Assembly: GCA_965198235.1 (NCBI GenBank)
Contig: OZ240248.1
Span: 800,001-864,000, forward strand
Direction of reading: 5' to 3'
Length of the DNA stretch: 64,000 nucleotides
Source: Candidatus Poribacteria bacterium
Lineage (GTDB): Bacteria; Poribacteria; WGA-4E; WGA-3G
The notes beneath the pieces were generated by a model that saw only the letters and a program-made list of their open reading frames with translations, was not told the DNA's origin and did no database searches. The first letter of the stretch is position 1. Every line of letters begins with the position of its first letter. The position numbers and the translations under genes were made by a program. This document shows positions 50,532 to 60,134 of this stretch, piece after piece.

Positions 50532-51829
50532 TATTGTTCTCCAGACGAATCTGCTTCTGAAGTAGATTCCTCGGATTCGGTAGAATCGGGTGTAATCTCG
50601 CGAACAACATCGCCGATTTTGAGGGGTTCCGCCGTCTCAATAACTCGGAAGATAGAAACCTTATCATTCAGGATTTCAGAAACCGCCACGAGTCCAATCT
50701 GCTTGGGTACATAGGTTAGGATTTCACCGGTATCTAAATCTCGTACCGGCTTGCCTCTGGTATAGACAGCAAACTCTTGGTTAATAGCTATCCTCTTGTT
50801 GGAACCGATATTGACATAAATCTTATCCGGATGCTCATTGTCCACGTACTGAATCTTACCTTTGACAGGTTCCCCAGATGCCATTGTCGGAGTTTCCTGT
50901 CCTTCTTTGGCGGTTGCAGTCTTTGGTTCCCAAGGCGTAATGAAATTGGGTCCGACGTTATCTCGAAGTGCCAAAACTACCTTGATTAACGCCTCATTGG
51001 TTACCACTCCGAAAAGGGTTCTGTCGTATTCGGCACTCGCAAACTGGATCTGATTAAGTTCGGTTGGTCTGACAATCGGGCGCGGGTTCTTTCGCTGACT
51101 GTCCCTCGTTTGACCAAAAGAGAGGTTCGTCCCTTCCTCCGTCATACTGACTTCAAGGGAAGCGAATTTTGTGCCTGCGTATGAGTGGTCGCGGCTGGCG
51201 GAAATTCGAGGTTCTGCCACAAGGCTGCCGGATGCATTGTAGAATTTCATGTTCAGTTTAATGGTGGCACGGTGTAGAGACCCTCGCAGAATAACGGGAG
51301 CAAGGTAACTTGCGGTTGCAGAGCCTCGCTGCGCTTCACGTCCACCTTCCCGCAGCGTGCGCGAAGCGTTAGTTCTCAACCGCTCTTGATTAAAATTTCG
51401 GATATCGCCCACCACAATTACGTCTGCATTGAGATGCTTCGCAAGCGTTGCGCGTTGCGCCTGATCCAGTTTCTTCAGGCTCTGCCGTGAGAGCGTCATA
51501 AGTGCCATAGCATCAAGGAGTTCATCTTTACTGATGGGTTCATACACATTCGTTTCGACGAGTTTCCGATTCAGCATTTTGGCAAATCCCGCCTCCAAAT
51601 CCCATCGTTTCTTTGTGCTGAACAGGTTGCCGATGAAGGTGGGGACACAACCACATCCAGTAGGAGAATCAAAACGACTGTGATCCTCAAAATAGAGAAC
51701 AGCAATGCGTTTCTTTGAAGCCGCATCGCTAACAGCAATAGTACCAATCATGAAACACAGACTGAACCCTATCACGAACAGATATGAAAAAAAGCGTTTC
51801 ACCCTTTTTTGCCCTCCTTTTTCCTTCAT
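50531..51829 (-). CDS. Secreted CsgG/FlgT-like protein
   Basis: Signal peptide, KKRIAVLYFED, ADVIVVGDI; C-terminal YVNIGS...VRDLDTGEIL...IGDVVR. Confidence 0.65.
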   Translation of the reverse strand: MKEKGGQKRVKRFFSYLFVIGFSLCFMIGTIAVSDAASKKRIAVLYFEDHSRFDSPTGCGCVPTFIGNLFSTKKRWDLEAGFAKMLNRKLVETNVYEPISKDELLDAMALMTLSRQSLKKLDQAQRATLAKHLNADVIVVGDIRNFNQERLRTNASRTLREGGREAQRGSATASYLAPVILRGSLHRATIKLNMKFYNASGSLVAEPRISASRDHSYAGTKFASLEVSMTEEGTNLSFGQTRDSQRKNPRPIVRPTELNQIQFASAEYDRTLFGVVTNEALIKVVLALRDNVGPNFITPWEPKTATAKEGQETPTMASGEPVKGKIQYVDNEHPDKIYVNIGSNKRIAINQEFAVYTRGKPVRDLDTGEILTYVPKQIGLVAVSEILNDKVSIFRVIETAEPLKIGDVVREITPDSTESEESTSEADSSGEQ

Positions 51830-52025
51830 TTACCTTTCACGTCTATAGTTTAGCAGTCCTGTGAAGATTTATCAAGGAAATTTAAGTCTTTTGGAAGATC
51901 GTTTCTTTAACAAGAAATCACTTGAAACACCAGAAAATATCTGGTATCATTACTATGAGTTAGCGGACACCGTTTACATGCCGCAACTTACTGCTATACA
52001 AAACACAAACGAAAAAGGAAACTCT

Positions 52026-53084
52026 ATGTTTACAAAAAACAGATTCGCGTATCATAATTTATTACATATATTTATATCCGCCGCGTTGGTTGTGCTAATT
52101 GTCCTCTATGGATGTAGCGATAAGCAATCGGGTGAAAAAGCGAAAACAGGTGATGCCACCCCACAGGAAAAGGAGTGGCTCTCGATTTTGGGTGGCGTGA
52201 TGGGAGGTAGTTTTTCACAATTCGCAGGTGGCGTTAGTCGCGTTCTGACCCACAAGGAACCACATCTGAAAATATCCATCGATGCTTCTGCAGGTTCGGT
52301 CGAAAATACGCGGCGTGTGAACGCAGACCCGGAAGCACTGGGTGTCGTTTTTGCTGCTGAAAGTTACCTTGGCTACCACGGTGAAGAAATTTTCGCAGAA
52401 GAGGGACCGAAAATTAACATTCGTATGGTAACGTTGCTTTTCATCGCTTACGACCAATTTTCAACGCTGGCGAACAGCGATATTCATCAGTTTGAAGACA
52501 TTGTCGGGAAAAAAATCGCCTCTGGAGCGAGTGGGTCCGGCACCGCACAAACGTTAGAACGACTGTCAAAATTGGCGGGTATCTGGGGAAAGTTTACGCC
52601 AATCTATAAAGGCGGGAGTGCTGCTGCCGAGGCTCTCCAAGATGGACAGGTCGCTGGATTCCAATGGCTCGTCAGTGTGCCGAACAGCGCCGTTATCCAG
52701 TTGACAGCGATTAAATCTATTCGGATGATCGACCTTGACGCAGTTGCGAAGAAGTATGGCTTCTACGAAAAGTATCCGTTTTACCTCTCCGGATCCCTGC
52801 CAGAGGGAGCGTATGAAGGCAAAGTGGAACCGGTGAATACTATTCTGATGCCAACGGTACTCATCTCAAACAAAGCGGTGAGCGAGGAGACTATCTATAA
52901 ACTTTTAAAGCATGTTTACTCCTCAGAGGGACATCAGACGATGCTTCAAACAAATCAAGCAGCAGCAGACATGACGATAGAGAATGGCTCGAAAGCCTTT
53001 GTAATTCCACTACACCGCGGGGCATACAAATTTTGGAGTGAACAAGGCGTGGAAATTCCAGCGCATGCGATGCCGGTGGACTAA
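52026..53084 (+). CDS. TAXI-family TRAP solute-binding lipoprotein
   Basis: Start MFTKNR; SAGSVEN, GASGSG, IPLHRGA.KFW.E. No TRAP membrane gene adjacent. Confidence 0.85.
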   Translation: MFTKNRFAYHNLLHIFISAALVVLIVLYGCSDKQSGEKAKTGDATPQEKEWLSILGGVMGGSFSQFAGGVSRVLTHKEPHLKISIDASAGSVENTRRVNADPEALGVVFAAESYLGYHGEEIFAEEGPKINIRMVTLLFIAYDQFSTLANSDIHQFEDIVGKKIASGASGSGTAQTLERLSKLAGIWGKFTPIYKGGSAAAEALQDGQVAGFQWLVSVPNSAVIQLTAIKSIRMIDLDAVAKKYGFYEKYPFYLSGSLPEGAYEGKVEPVNTILMPTVLISNKAVSEETIYKLLKHVYSSEGHQTMLQTNQAAADMTIENGSKAFVIPLHRGAYKFWSEQGVEIPAHAMPVD

Positions 53085-53177
53085 TCTAAAAACGGGACAA
53101 CCATGGATCGTCAAAAAATTGTGATGTTCCTAAAATTTGCTTTAAAAATGGGGAATATGATATAATATAATGAAATG

Positions 53178-53262
53178 ACATTGTGGGGTGCTCTTATCTG
53201 CTTGAGAGCTGAGAAAACACCCATTGAACCTGATCTGGATCATACCAGCGTAGGGAAATATG
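53178..53262 (+). ncRNA. TPP riboswitch
   Basis: GGGGTGC...GCTGAGA...ACCC.TTGAACCTGATCTGGATCATACCAGCGTAGGGAA upstream of thiamine genes. Confidence 0.95.
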
Positions 53263-53492
53263 AAGAAGGGCAATAAAACGCTGTTCCTTCTTAAGCGACT
53301 TTAGCAATTGGGACATAGAAGTTGTACTCTCAATTGTAAGCCTGCAGGCGAGGCACTTAACCCCGCTATATGAGGCACGAAGCCGCTTCCTTTTTGGTGT
53401 TGCCACGGCTGCTAATAGAGCCACTAGCGGACGGGCATGTTTCCCATATCCAAAATGGAAGACGGCTTTTTGTTGTTAAGGAACAGATACCA

Positions 53493-54257
53493 ATGCTCAG
53501 CAAATTTGCGGTGCCTGTGGTTATCCTATTGATAGTAGTAGGAGTGTGGGAAAGTGCCGTTCATCTTTTTGAGATGCCGCGCTACATTCTACCAGCCCCT
53601 TCAAAAATCGTGATGACGCTATTTGCGGAACATGCGCAATTACTGAAGCACACGCTCGTGACACTGGAAGAGATGCTCCTTGGATTTCTCCTCGCGGTTA
53701 GCATCGGTGTCCCGTTAGCCGTGTTGATGTTCGAGTTCCCCGCATTAGAGAAAGCCTTCTATCCGTATGTTATCGGCTCACAAACGGTTCCAGTGTTTGC
53801 TATCGCTCCACTACTGGTACTATGGTTCGGCTTCGGTATTGCCTCAAAAGTCATCATGGCAGCACTGATTGTATTCTTCGCAATTGTGCTAAATACCCTC
53901 GATGGCTTGAAATCCACCGATCCGGATACCGTAAACCTATTCCGAATTTTGCGAGCGACGCGATGGCAGATACTCTGGAAAGTCCGCATCCCGTCGGCAT
54001 TGCCGTTTATTTTCTCAGGTGCAAAGATAGGGATCTCGATCTCTACAATTGGCGCGGTTATCGGTGAATGGGTGGGCGCAAAGGCGGGACTCGGATACCT
54101 TATGCTGTATGCGAATGGACAACTCCAAATTTCACTCGTATTTGCAGCTATTTTTTGCTTAACGATTTTAGGTTTAAGTCTCTTCGGACTGATGACACTG
54201 TTGGAACGGTACGCAATGCCGTGGCGGCAGCATCAATACGAAAATTCAGATTTCTAA
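53493..54257 (+). CDS. thiX: ABC permease, ThiX-like (HMP/thiamine precursor uptake)
   Basis: YILPAPS, SQTVPVFAIAPLLVLWFGFG, GAVIGEWVG; located under a TPP riboswitch. Confidence 0.8.
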   Translation: MLSKFAVPVVILLIVVGVWESAVHLFEMPRYILPAPSKIVMTLFAEHAQLLKHTLVTLEEMLLGFLLAVSIGVPLAVLMFEFPALEKAFYPYVIGSQTVPVFAIAPLLVLWFGFGIASKVIMAALIVFFAIVLNTLDGLKSTDPDTVNLFRILRATRWQILWKVRIPSALPFIFSGAKIGISISTIGAVIGEWVGAKAGLGYLMLYANGQLQISLVFAAIFCLTILGLSLFGLMTLLERYAMPWRQHQYENSDF

Positions 54258-54465
54258 CGATGGGCCTTTGAGCTGCCCTCCACTTCGTTTCGGGCAGGTT
54301 TTCGGTGCAATTCACACGGGGAGTGGGTTTGCTGAAGCCTTTCAGAATCCAAGGGTGGTGGGAATTAACTATAAACCATCGTGGAACGAAATTAGGTTTC
54401 CTTAAATGGCATAATTTGTCTTTGCTTTACATTTGGAACGATGACCAGATTTTAATAGTTAAAAA
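54251..54465. repeat. Family A element, copy 6
   Basis: TTTCTAACGAT (contains the thiX stop)...ATAGTTAAAAA. Hairpins ctgccc/gggcag and catcgt/acgatg with loop insertion. Confidence 0.8.
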
Positions 54466-54498
54466 TTCGCATATCGGACAGGAAGAAAGGAAATTCTC

Positions 54499-55485
54499 AT
54501 GAAAACAGCAATTTGCTTAATGTTTCTCATCAGTTGCGGTATACTTTTAACAGGACACATCAACAGCAACGCGGACAGCCACCAGAAAGCCGAAATGGAG
54601 AAGGCCACGCTGCTCCTCGATTGGTTTCCTAACGTAGATCATGCGCCACTTTACGTCGCGCAACAGAAGAAAATTTTTGGCAAGCACGGTTTAGAGGTTG
54701 AATTGCTCTGGGGTGGTGATCCGAATGCGCCGTTGAAACTCGTGGCAGCCGGAAAAGCACCGTTCGGCGTGAGTTACCAACAGAGCGTCACGATCGCTCG
54801 GGCAAGTGAAGAGGTTTTGCCGGTTAAATCAATCGGTTTACTCGTGGAACACCCGCTTAACACGATTAGTTTCCTGAAGAAAACGGGCATTAAAACGCCA
54901 GCAGATTTCAAAGGGAAGAAAATCGGATACACAGTTGCACCGTTGGATGTCCTGCTCTTCAATGCGATTGCAGCGAACGCTGGATTAACAGAAGACGACT
55001 ACGAATTGATAAACGTGAGCACAAATATTTCGGCATCTCTCCTGAGCGGGCAAATCGATGCAGTGATCGGTCCGTTCCGGAATTACGAGATCAACGAATT
55101 GAAACTTGAAGGCGCAGAAGCAGGGTATTTCGCGCTTGAGAAGCACGGTATTCCCGACTATTATGAGTTGGTAATTGTCTCTAACGATGCTTTTTTGGAA
55201 GAACATCCAGAAACTGCTAAAAAACTGATGATGGCGATTTCGGAAGCGATTCAATTCACGAAAGAGAATCCTGATGATGCTCTGCGGCTCTTTTTCAAGG
55301 CAAATCCAAATGCTCGTAAAGACTTAGAAGAATTGGCGTTTCGGGATACGCTGGATGTGTTCGCGACAACACAGATGCAATCTGCAGAAAAATGGGCAGC
55401 CTTCGCACAATTTGCCTATGAAAAAGGCTTGATTTCCAAAACAGTCGAAGCAAAAGACTGTTTCATCAATGTTTTGGAAGAATAA
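54499..55485 (+). CDS. thiY: NMT1/ThiY-like substrate-binding protein
   Basis: LLLDWFPNVDHAPLYVA, GVSYQ, FRNYE, GIPDYYEL. Confidence 0.85.
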   Translation: MKTAICLMFLISCGILLTGHINSNADSHQKAEMEKATLLLDWFPNVDHAPLYVAQQKKIFGKHGLEVELLWGGDPNAPLKLVAAGKAPFGVSYQQSVTIARASEEVLPVKSIGLLVEHPLNTISFLKKTGIKTPADFKGKKIGYTVAPLDVLLFNAIAANAGLTEDDYELINVSTNISASLLSGQIDAVIGPFRNYEINELKLEGAEAGYFALEKHGIPDYYELVIVSNDAFLEEHPETAKKLMMAISEAIQFTKENPDDALRLFFKANPNARKDLEELAFRDTLDVFATTQMQSAEKWAAFAQFAYEKGLISKTVEAKDCFINVLEE

Positions 55486-55488
55486 CGG

Positions 55489-55680
55489 TTTTTTAACTAT
55501 TAAGTTTTTGCGCATCGTTCCAAATGTAAAGCAAAGACAAATTTTGCCGCGTGTGGGCAAAATTTCGTTTCACGATGGTTTCTGGTGAAACTTTCGTTCG
55601 CCTCTAAAAAGGTGCGGACGATTCACCAAAACCTGCCCGAAATGAAATGGAGGGCAGCCCAGGCACCCATAATTAGAAAA
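55489..55680. repeat. Family A element, copy 7
   Basis: TTTTTTAACTAT...ATAATTAGAAAA|ATG. Hairpins catcgt/acgatg and ctgccc-gaaatgaaatgga-gggcag. Confidence 0.8.
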
Positions 55681-56820
55681 ATGAAAAATACAAAGATTCT
55701 CATCATCGGTGGTGGTGTGATTGGCCTCGGTATCGGGTGGCAGCTTGCGAAATCGGGTGCCTCCGTCACCATTTATGATCGTGCTGAAGCCGGACGCGCC
55801 GCTTCTTGGGCAGCCGCTGGGATGCTCGCGCCACTCGCCGAGGCACATACCGAAGAACCGGAACTGTTGAAACTGGGTTGCCAAAGTTTAGCACTCTATC
55901 CGCAATGGGTTCGGGAATTAGAGGCGGATGCCGAGATGGACATCGGGTATCGGGTGGAAGGCACTCTGATCATCGGGTTAGAACCTGATGATACACACCA
56001 ACTTCGGCATCTTTACGCCTCACAACAAGATTTAGGGCTGGATGTCGAATGGTTGACCGGACGAGAGGCGCGTGAAATCGAACCCGCCCTTTCGCCGCGC
56101 GCGACTGCAGCTATCCGCTGCGAGAGCGACCATCAGGTCGATAACCGACTGATGGTAAAAGCACTCCAGCGCGCCTATCAGAGATGCGGCGGTGTGCTAC
56201 ATGAAAACACCCCAGTCGAAGGTATTCACGTCGAAAATGGGACCGCGACCGGGATAGATGCCCGAGATAGCGGGAAACATAACGGAGATGTTATCGTGCT
56301 GTCAGCAGGATGTGAATCTGCCCAAATTCAGGGACTTCCAGATGCCATCCGTCCGCCGGTGCGCCCTGTGAAAGGACAGATGTTGGCGTTGCAAATGGAA
56401 GATGGTATCACGGTTAAAAACGTCGTCCGCACCGTCAGAGCAAGGTATCCGATGTCGGTATATTTGGTGCCGCGAACCGATGGCAGGCTCATCGTCGGTG
56501 CGACAAGTGAGGAAATGGGATTTGACACGCGTTTGACTGCTGGCGGTGTGTTTGAGCTACTCCGCGGCGCATGGGAAGCGGTGCCGGGTGTTTATGAACT
56601 TCCGCTTCTGGAAACATGGACAGGTTTACGTCCCGGTAGCAGAGACAATGCCCCCATACTTGGCGAAACGCCCATTGAGAATCTGATATACGCCACGGGA
56701 CATTACCGCAACGGCATCTTACTCACACCCATCACGGCTTATGAGATCTCCAAACTGATTCTGACCGGTGAGACTTCAGAGACAATCGCCCCATTTCAGT
56801 TAGACAGATTTCTGGCGTAA
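55681..56820 (+). CDS. thiO: Glycine oxidase
   Basis: IIGGGVIG, ASWAAAGMLAP, PVKGQ, GLRP, GHYRNGILL; likely start at 55681. Confidence 0.92.
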   Translation: MKNTKILIIGGGVIGLGIGWQLAKSGASVTIYDRAEAGRAASWAAAGMLAPLAEAHTEEPELLKLGCQSLALYPQWVRELEADAEMDIGYRVEGTLIIGLEPDDTHQLRHLYASQQDLGLDVEWLTGREAREIEPALSPRATAAIRCESDHQVDNRLMVKALQRAYQRCGGVLHENTPVEGIHVENGTATGIDARDSGKHNGDVIVLSAGCESAQIQGLPDAIRPPVRPVKGQMLALQMEDGITVKNVVRTVRARYPMSVYLVPRTDGRLIVGATSEEMGFDTRLTAGGVFELLRGAWEAVPGVYELPLLETWTGLRPGSRDNAPILGETPIENLIYATGHYRNGILLTPITAYEISKLILTGETSETIAPFQLDRFLA

Positions 56821-56833
56821 CTGGAGTTAAGTT

Positions 56834-57040
56834 ATGAAGATACACGTTAATAGCGAAGAAAAAACGGTTCGTCCGAATTTAAATGTCCACGATCTGATCA
56901 TCGCTTTAGAAATGGATCCAACGCAGTCGGGCATCGCTGTCGCCGTGGATCGGGAAGTTATCCCGAAAACGGAGTGGCAAGCGACGGAACTTCGCGAGAA
57001 CAGTGAAGTTGAGATTATACGCGCCGTCCAAGGCGGGTAA
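56834..57040 (+). CDS. thiS: Sulfur carrier protein
   Basis: 68 aa, GIAVAVD, ends AVQGG. Confidence 0.92.
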   Translation: MKIHVNSEEKTVRPNLNVHDLIIALEMDPTQSGIAVAVDREVIPKTEWQATELRENSEVEIIRAVQGG

Positions 57041-57246
57041 TGCCCTCACATAACATGCCAGCGGGGAAATGAGGATACAGGTTTAACACTTGATAAAAAG
57101 GGTTTGAAGGTGTTATACTAATCTAAACCATCATTCAGGGATAAACTCCAGCAGAGCACTATGAAGGGTCAAGAGGTTCGTTGGATTCAACGCGCAAATA
57201 GTTTTGACAACAGAAAAAACGGAGCGAAAACCCTATAGTTAAAAAC

Positions 57247-58017
57247 ATGCAAGAATTCAAAATCGCCGACCAGACATACACATCAAGACTACTTATCGGA
57301 ACAGCAGGGTATCCGAATTTCCACATAATGACGGAGTCTATTGCCGCGAGCGGTGCCGAAATTGCGACGGTGTCAATGCGCCGCGTGAAATTTACAGATA
57401 CACCCGGTGAGAATTTGTTCGCGCTTCTACGCGAACGGGGTATGACGATCCTCCCAAACACTGCTGGTTGTTTCACAGCAAAAGACGCGATTCTAACATC
57501 GAACCTCGCGAGAGAGGCACTTGAGACACCGCTCATCAAACTCGAAGTTATTGGAGATGAGGAGACCCTGTTTCCGGATGTAGAGCAGCTGCTCAGTGCT
57601 GCGGAGATACTCGTGAAAGACGGCTTCACTGTGCTTCCGTATTGCAACGACGATCCGATTACCTGTAAGAAATTAGAAGACATTGGCTGTGCGGCAGTGA
57701 TGCCGTTAGGTGCCCCGATAGGCTCAGGAATGGGCATCCGCAATCCGTATAATATTCAGATTATCCGAGATCTTGTGCAAGTGCCGCTCATTGTGGATGC
57801 TGGAGTTGGGACGGCATCGGATGCAGCGATAGCGATGGAGTTAGGCTGTGACGGTGTCCTGCTCAACACAGCAGTAGCGAAAGCACACCGTCCTGTACTG
57901 ATGGCGGAGGCGATGAAAAAAGCAGTCGAAGCGGGTAGAGCGGCGTTTTTAGCTGGACGCATCCCCCGGAAACTTTACGCGACCGCCTCAAGCCCACAGG
58001 ACGGAATGATTGAGTGA
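57247..58017 (+). CDS. thiG: Thiazole synthase
   Basis: [44 protein letters not shown]. Confidence 0.96.
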   Translation: MQEFKIADQTYTSRLLIGTAGYPNFHIMTESIAASGAEIATVSMRRVKFTDTPGENLFALLRERGMTILPNTAGCFTAKDAILTSNLAREALETPLIKLEVIGDEETLFPDVEQLLSAAEILVKDGFTVLPYCNDDPITCKKLEDIGCAAVMPLGAPIGSGMGIRNPYNIQIIRDLVQVPLIVDAGVGTASDAAIAMELGCDGVLLNTAVAKAHRPVLMAEAMKKAVEAGRAAFLAGRIPRKLYATASSPQDGMIE

Positions 58018-58433
58018 TAGCACCCACTACCTAAAGGTAGGGGCTTCGGTTTCATAGCAACTGCGGTTTTCTCAGAGAGTCTACCGTCTTATTATCGCTC
58101 CACCAGCAGGCAATTCCCCTATATCCTGAAAGAAGTGGATACAGGGCAGATCGTGCGGAAACTTTCACGGCTATCCCTGCCTGCAAAAGAAAAGGGGTGG
58201 TTGAGAGAGAGGTATCTCGGAAACCACCTAAAGGTTGCAGAGAATTACCTTCTACTCTCAACTCCGTAGCAGCGACCAACGTGCAGGATTTCACCTCTGC
58301 TCCGAAACTTACGGACTGCTACCGAAAATGTTTTTAGCAAGGTCTCACTTGCAACTTGTTTGTGCCACCTCTGACAGTGGTGGACAACACCTGCACAAGG
58401 TGTGCAGGGTCAGAGCGTTGTCCAGCAAGTTAC
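58014..58433 (-). ncRNA. Candidate structured ncRNA / non-autonomous IS200/IS605 derivative (orphan omega/reRNA-like)
   Basis: Perfect promoter upstream, many nested helices, 3' end GAAGCCCCTACCTTTAGGTAGTGGGTGCTATCAC resembling IS605/TnpB right ends; no transposase or TnpB ORF. Confidence 0.65.
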
Positions 58434-58438
58434 GTATA

Positions 58439-58467
58439 ATTATACCACATTTTTGACTGAATGTCAA
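58439..58467 (-). promoter_or_regulatory. Consensus sigma70 promoter
   Basis: Minus strand TTGACA-ttcagtcaaaaatgtgg (17 nt)-TATAAT with extended -10 TG. Confidence 0.85.
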
Positions 58468-58829
58468 ATATATTTTGGCGTTTTGGTCCTTTCCAAGAGG
58501 ATAAAATTGATCGGGAAACCGGACTCAAAGCAATAGCAGAAATTCAAAAAGTAAACACCGAGGCAGAAGTAAAGCGTAAGCGCATATCCAAACTGAAAAC
58601 TGACATTTGTAGAAATGGAAAACCACAGATAAGACGTGTCCGAGAGATCGCAGATGACGACCTTTACCGACTTGGATTTGAATTGCTTACAGACGAACTT
58701 GGACTGGGAGGAGTGTCTCGTTTCCTCAGATTATGCGAACCCGGACGTGGTATCTACGCCGTTGACCGGTACAAAAACCCTAAATTAATTGAACAAACCT
58801 GCAAGGAAGAACAGAAACGAGCCTCGTAG
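58461..58829 (+). CDS. Hypothetical protein, possibly a remnant of a toxin-antitoxin-associated gene
   Basis: C-terminal LYRLGFELLTDELGLGGVSRFLR...G.G.Y...R resembles small antitoxin-like proteins. The start overlaps the opposite-strand promoter and is doubtful. Confidence 0.4.
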   Translation: MSNIFWRFGPFQEDKIDRETGLKAIAEIQKVNTEAEVKRKRISKLKTDICRNGKPQIRRVREIADDDLYRLGFELLTDELGLGGVSRFLRLCEPGRGIYAVDRYKNPKLIEQTCKEEQKRAS

Positions 58830-58868
58830 AAGTAGTATCTTCGTCAACTCAAGAATTGGAGTCGGTGT

Positions 58869-60095
58869 GTGAAAAAAAGATCTCACTTTTTCTGGATATG
58901 CCTCATCATTTTTACGCAACTCGTAAGCAGCGTCCTTTTATCCGAGATGCAAAGTGCTTTTGCACAACTCCAGAGCGAATTCGGACAGAGCCTTTTAGAA
59001 AGAAAACCCGAAACCTCTGAAAGCGATCCCGCAGAACTTACAATTAACTCCCACTTCTCTAATACATTTAATAACCACATTGAATTCGGTCTGAGCGTAG
59101 ACCCTTACACCAGTGGTCTTGCGGGTGAGGAAGACTCACAACTCGAAGGCATGATTAACCGCTTCGGTATTAATCTACTCGGGGATTTACCGATAACTAA
59201 CAAACTCCGGCTCAAATTGCAATACGCGCCACAAGTTGAAAACTACACCGGTGCTGACGGAAAACTCAACGAATTCGATGCGTTTAGCGACGTAGTCTTA
59301 ACCGAGCTTAGTTTCCAACCCGTTGCGACTTTACCACCTCTCGTTACCTCCCACCAACTGCAACGTTTCGTGCGAACTTCAAACGTTTATAACAACATCG
59401 ATAGACAATTTGGTCTTCGCTTCGGACGCGTCCTGGAATACAATCTGCGGTTACACCGATTCGACGATGAAGATACGCGAAGAGAGGACTTTCTACTTGT
59501 CGGCTCTACCAGCCATACAATGACTGCACGCTTGCAATTTGGGATTCTTAAACAGATCCTTGGTAAACTGGAATATGGGATAGAAGATAGTAGCTACCAA
59601 ACCAATTTGAATAATCTCATCTTAGGTGTGACAGGACTTGAAGACGATGAACCTCGAAACGATTGGAGACACATCGGCTCTGCAAAACTAATACAGGTAG
59701 CAAAGGATCGACTCGTGTTTCAGGAAGAGATCAACCTATTTCTGAATCGTTCCAATGTCGATTTCTTTAACTTCGTTAGTACTGAAGTAGCAGCGAGTTC
59801 TTTTTACCGACTTGAGACAGGACGGTGGATACGGCTTCGATTCTCCAGACTGTGGGTACAGTTTGAAGGTAGACAGATTCCGGACGAGACTGGATATATA
59901 CCGGAAAACGCACCAAACCGTCGTGACACACAGATAGGTGCGAATGTGCAGTTGAATTGGGAATTTAATCCATATCTAACACTCAACGCCGATTATCAGA
60001 TTAGCCAGAACCACACGAATGAGATAGATCCACTGCTCGATTTTCTCAACTACACACATACCATTGCGACTATCACGCTCCGCGGTCAGTATTGA
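58869..60095 (+). CDS. Hypothetical secreted protein, probable outer-membrane beta-barrel
   Basis: GGAG RBS, signal peptide, amphipathic strands, C-terminal ITLRGQY. Confidence 0.65.
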   Translation: MKKRSHFFWICLIIFTQLVSSVLLSEMQSAFAQLQSEFGQSLLERKPETSESDPAELTINSHFSNTFNNHIEFGLSVDPYTSGLAGEEDSQLEGMINRFGINLLGDLPITNKLRLKLQYAPQVENYTGADGKLNEFDAFSDVVLTELSFQPVATLPPLVTSHQLQRFVRTSNVYNNIDRQFGLRFGRVLEYNLRLHRFDDEDTRREDFLLVGSTSHTMTARLQFGILKQILGKLEYGIEDSSYQTNLNNLILGVTGLEDDEPRNDWRHIGSAKLIQVAKDRLVFQEEINLFLNRSNVDFFNFVSTEVAASSFYRLETGRWIRLRFSRLWVQFEGRQIPDETGYIPENAPNRRDTQIGANVQLNWEFNPYLTLNADYQISQNHTNEIDPLLDFLNYTHTIATITLRGQY

Positions 60096-60134
60096 AGCGA
60101 TATGCTTCTTTCGTATCTCCAGTTCAGGCTATTG

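Noticed and set aside
58014-58433. IStron (group I intron-IS605 chimera), or an 80-aa protein gene at 58052-58294
   Set aside because: No group I P7 core recognised, and the element does not interrupt a sense-strand ORF. The small ORF lacks an RBS and RuvC or zinc-finger motifs.
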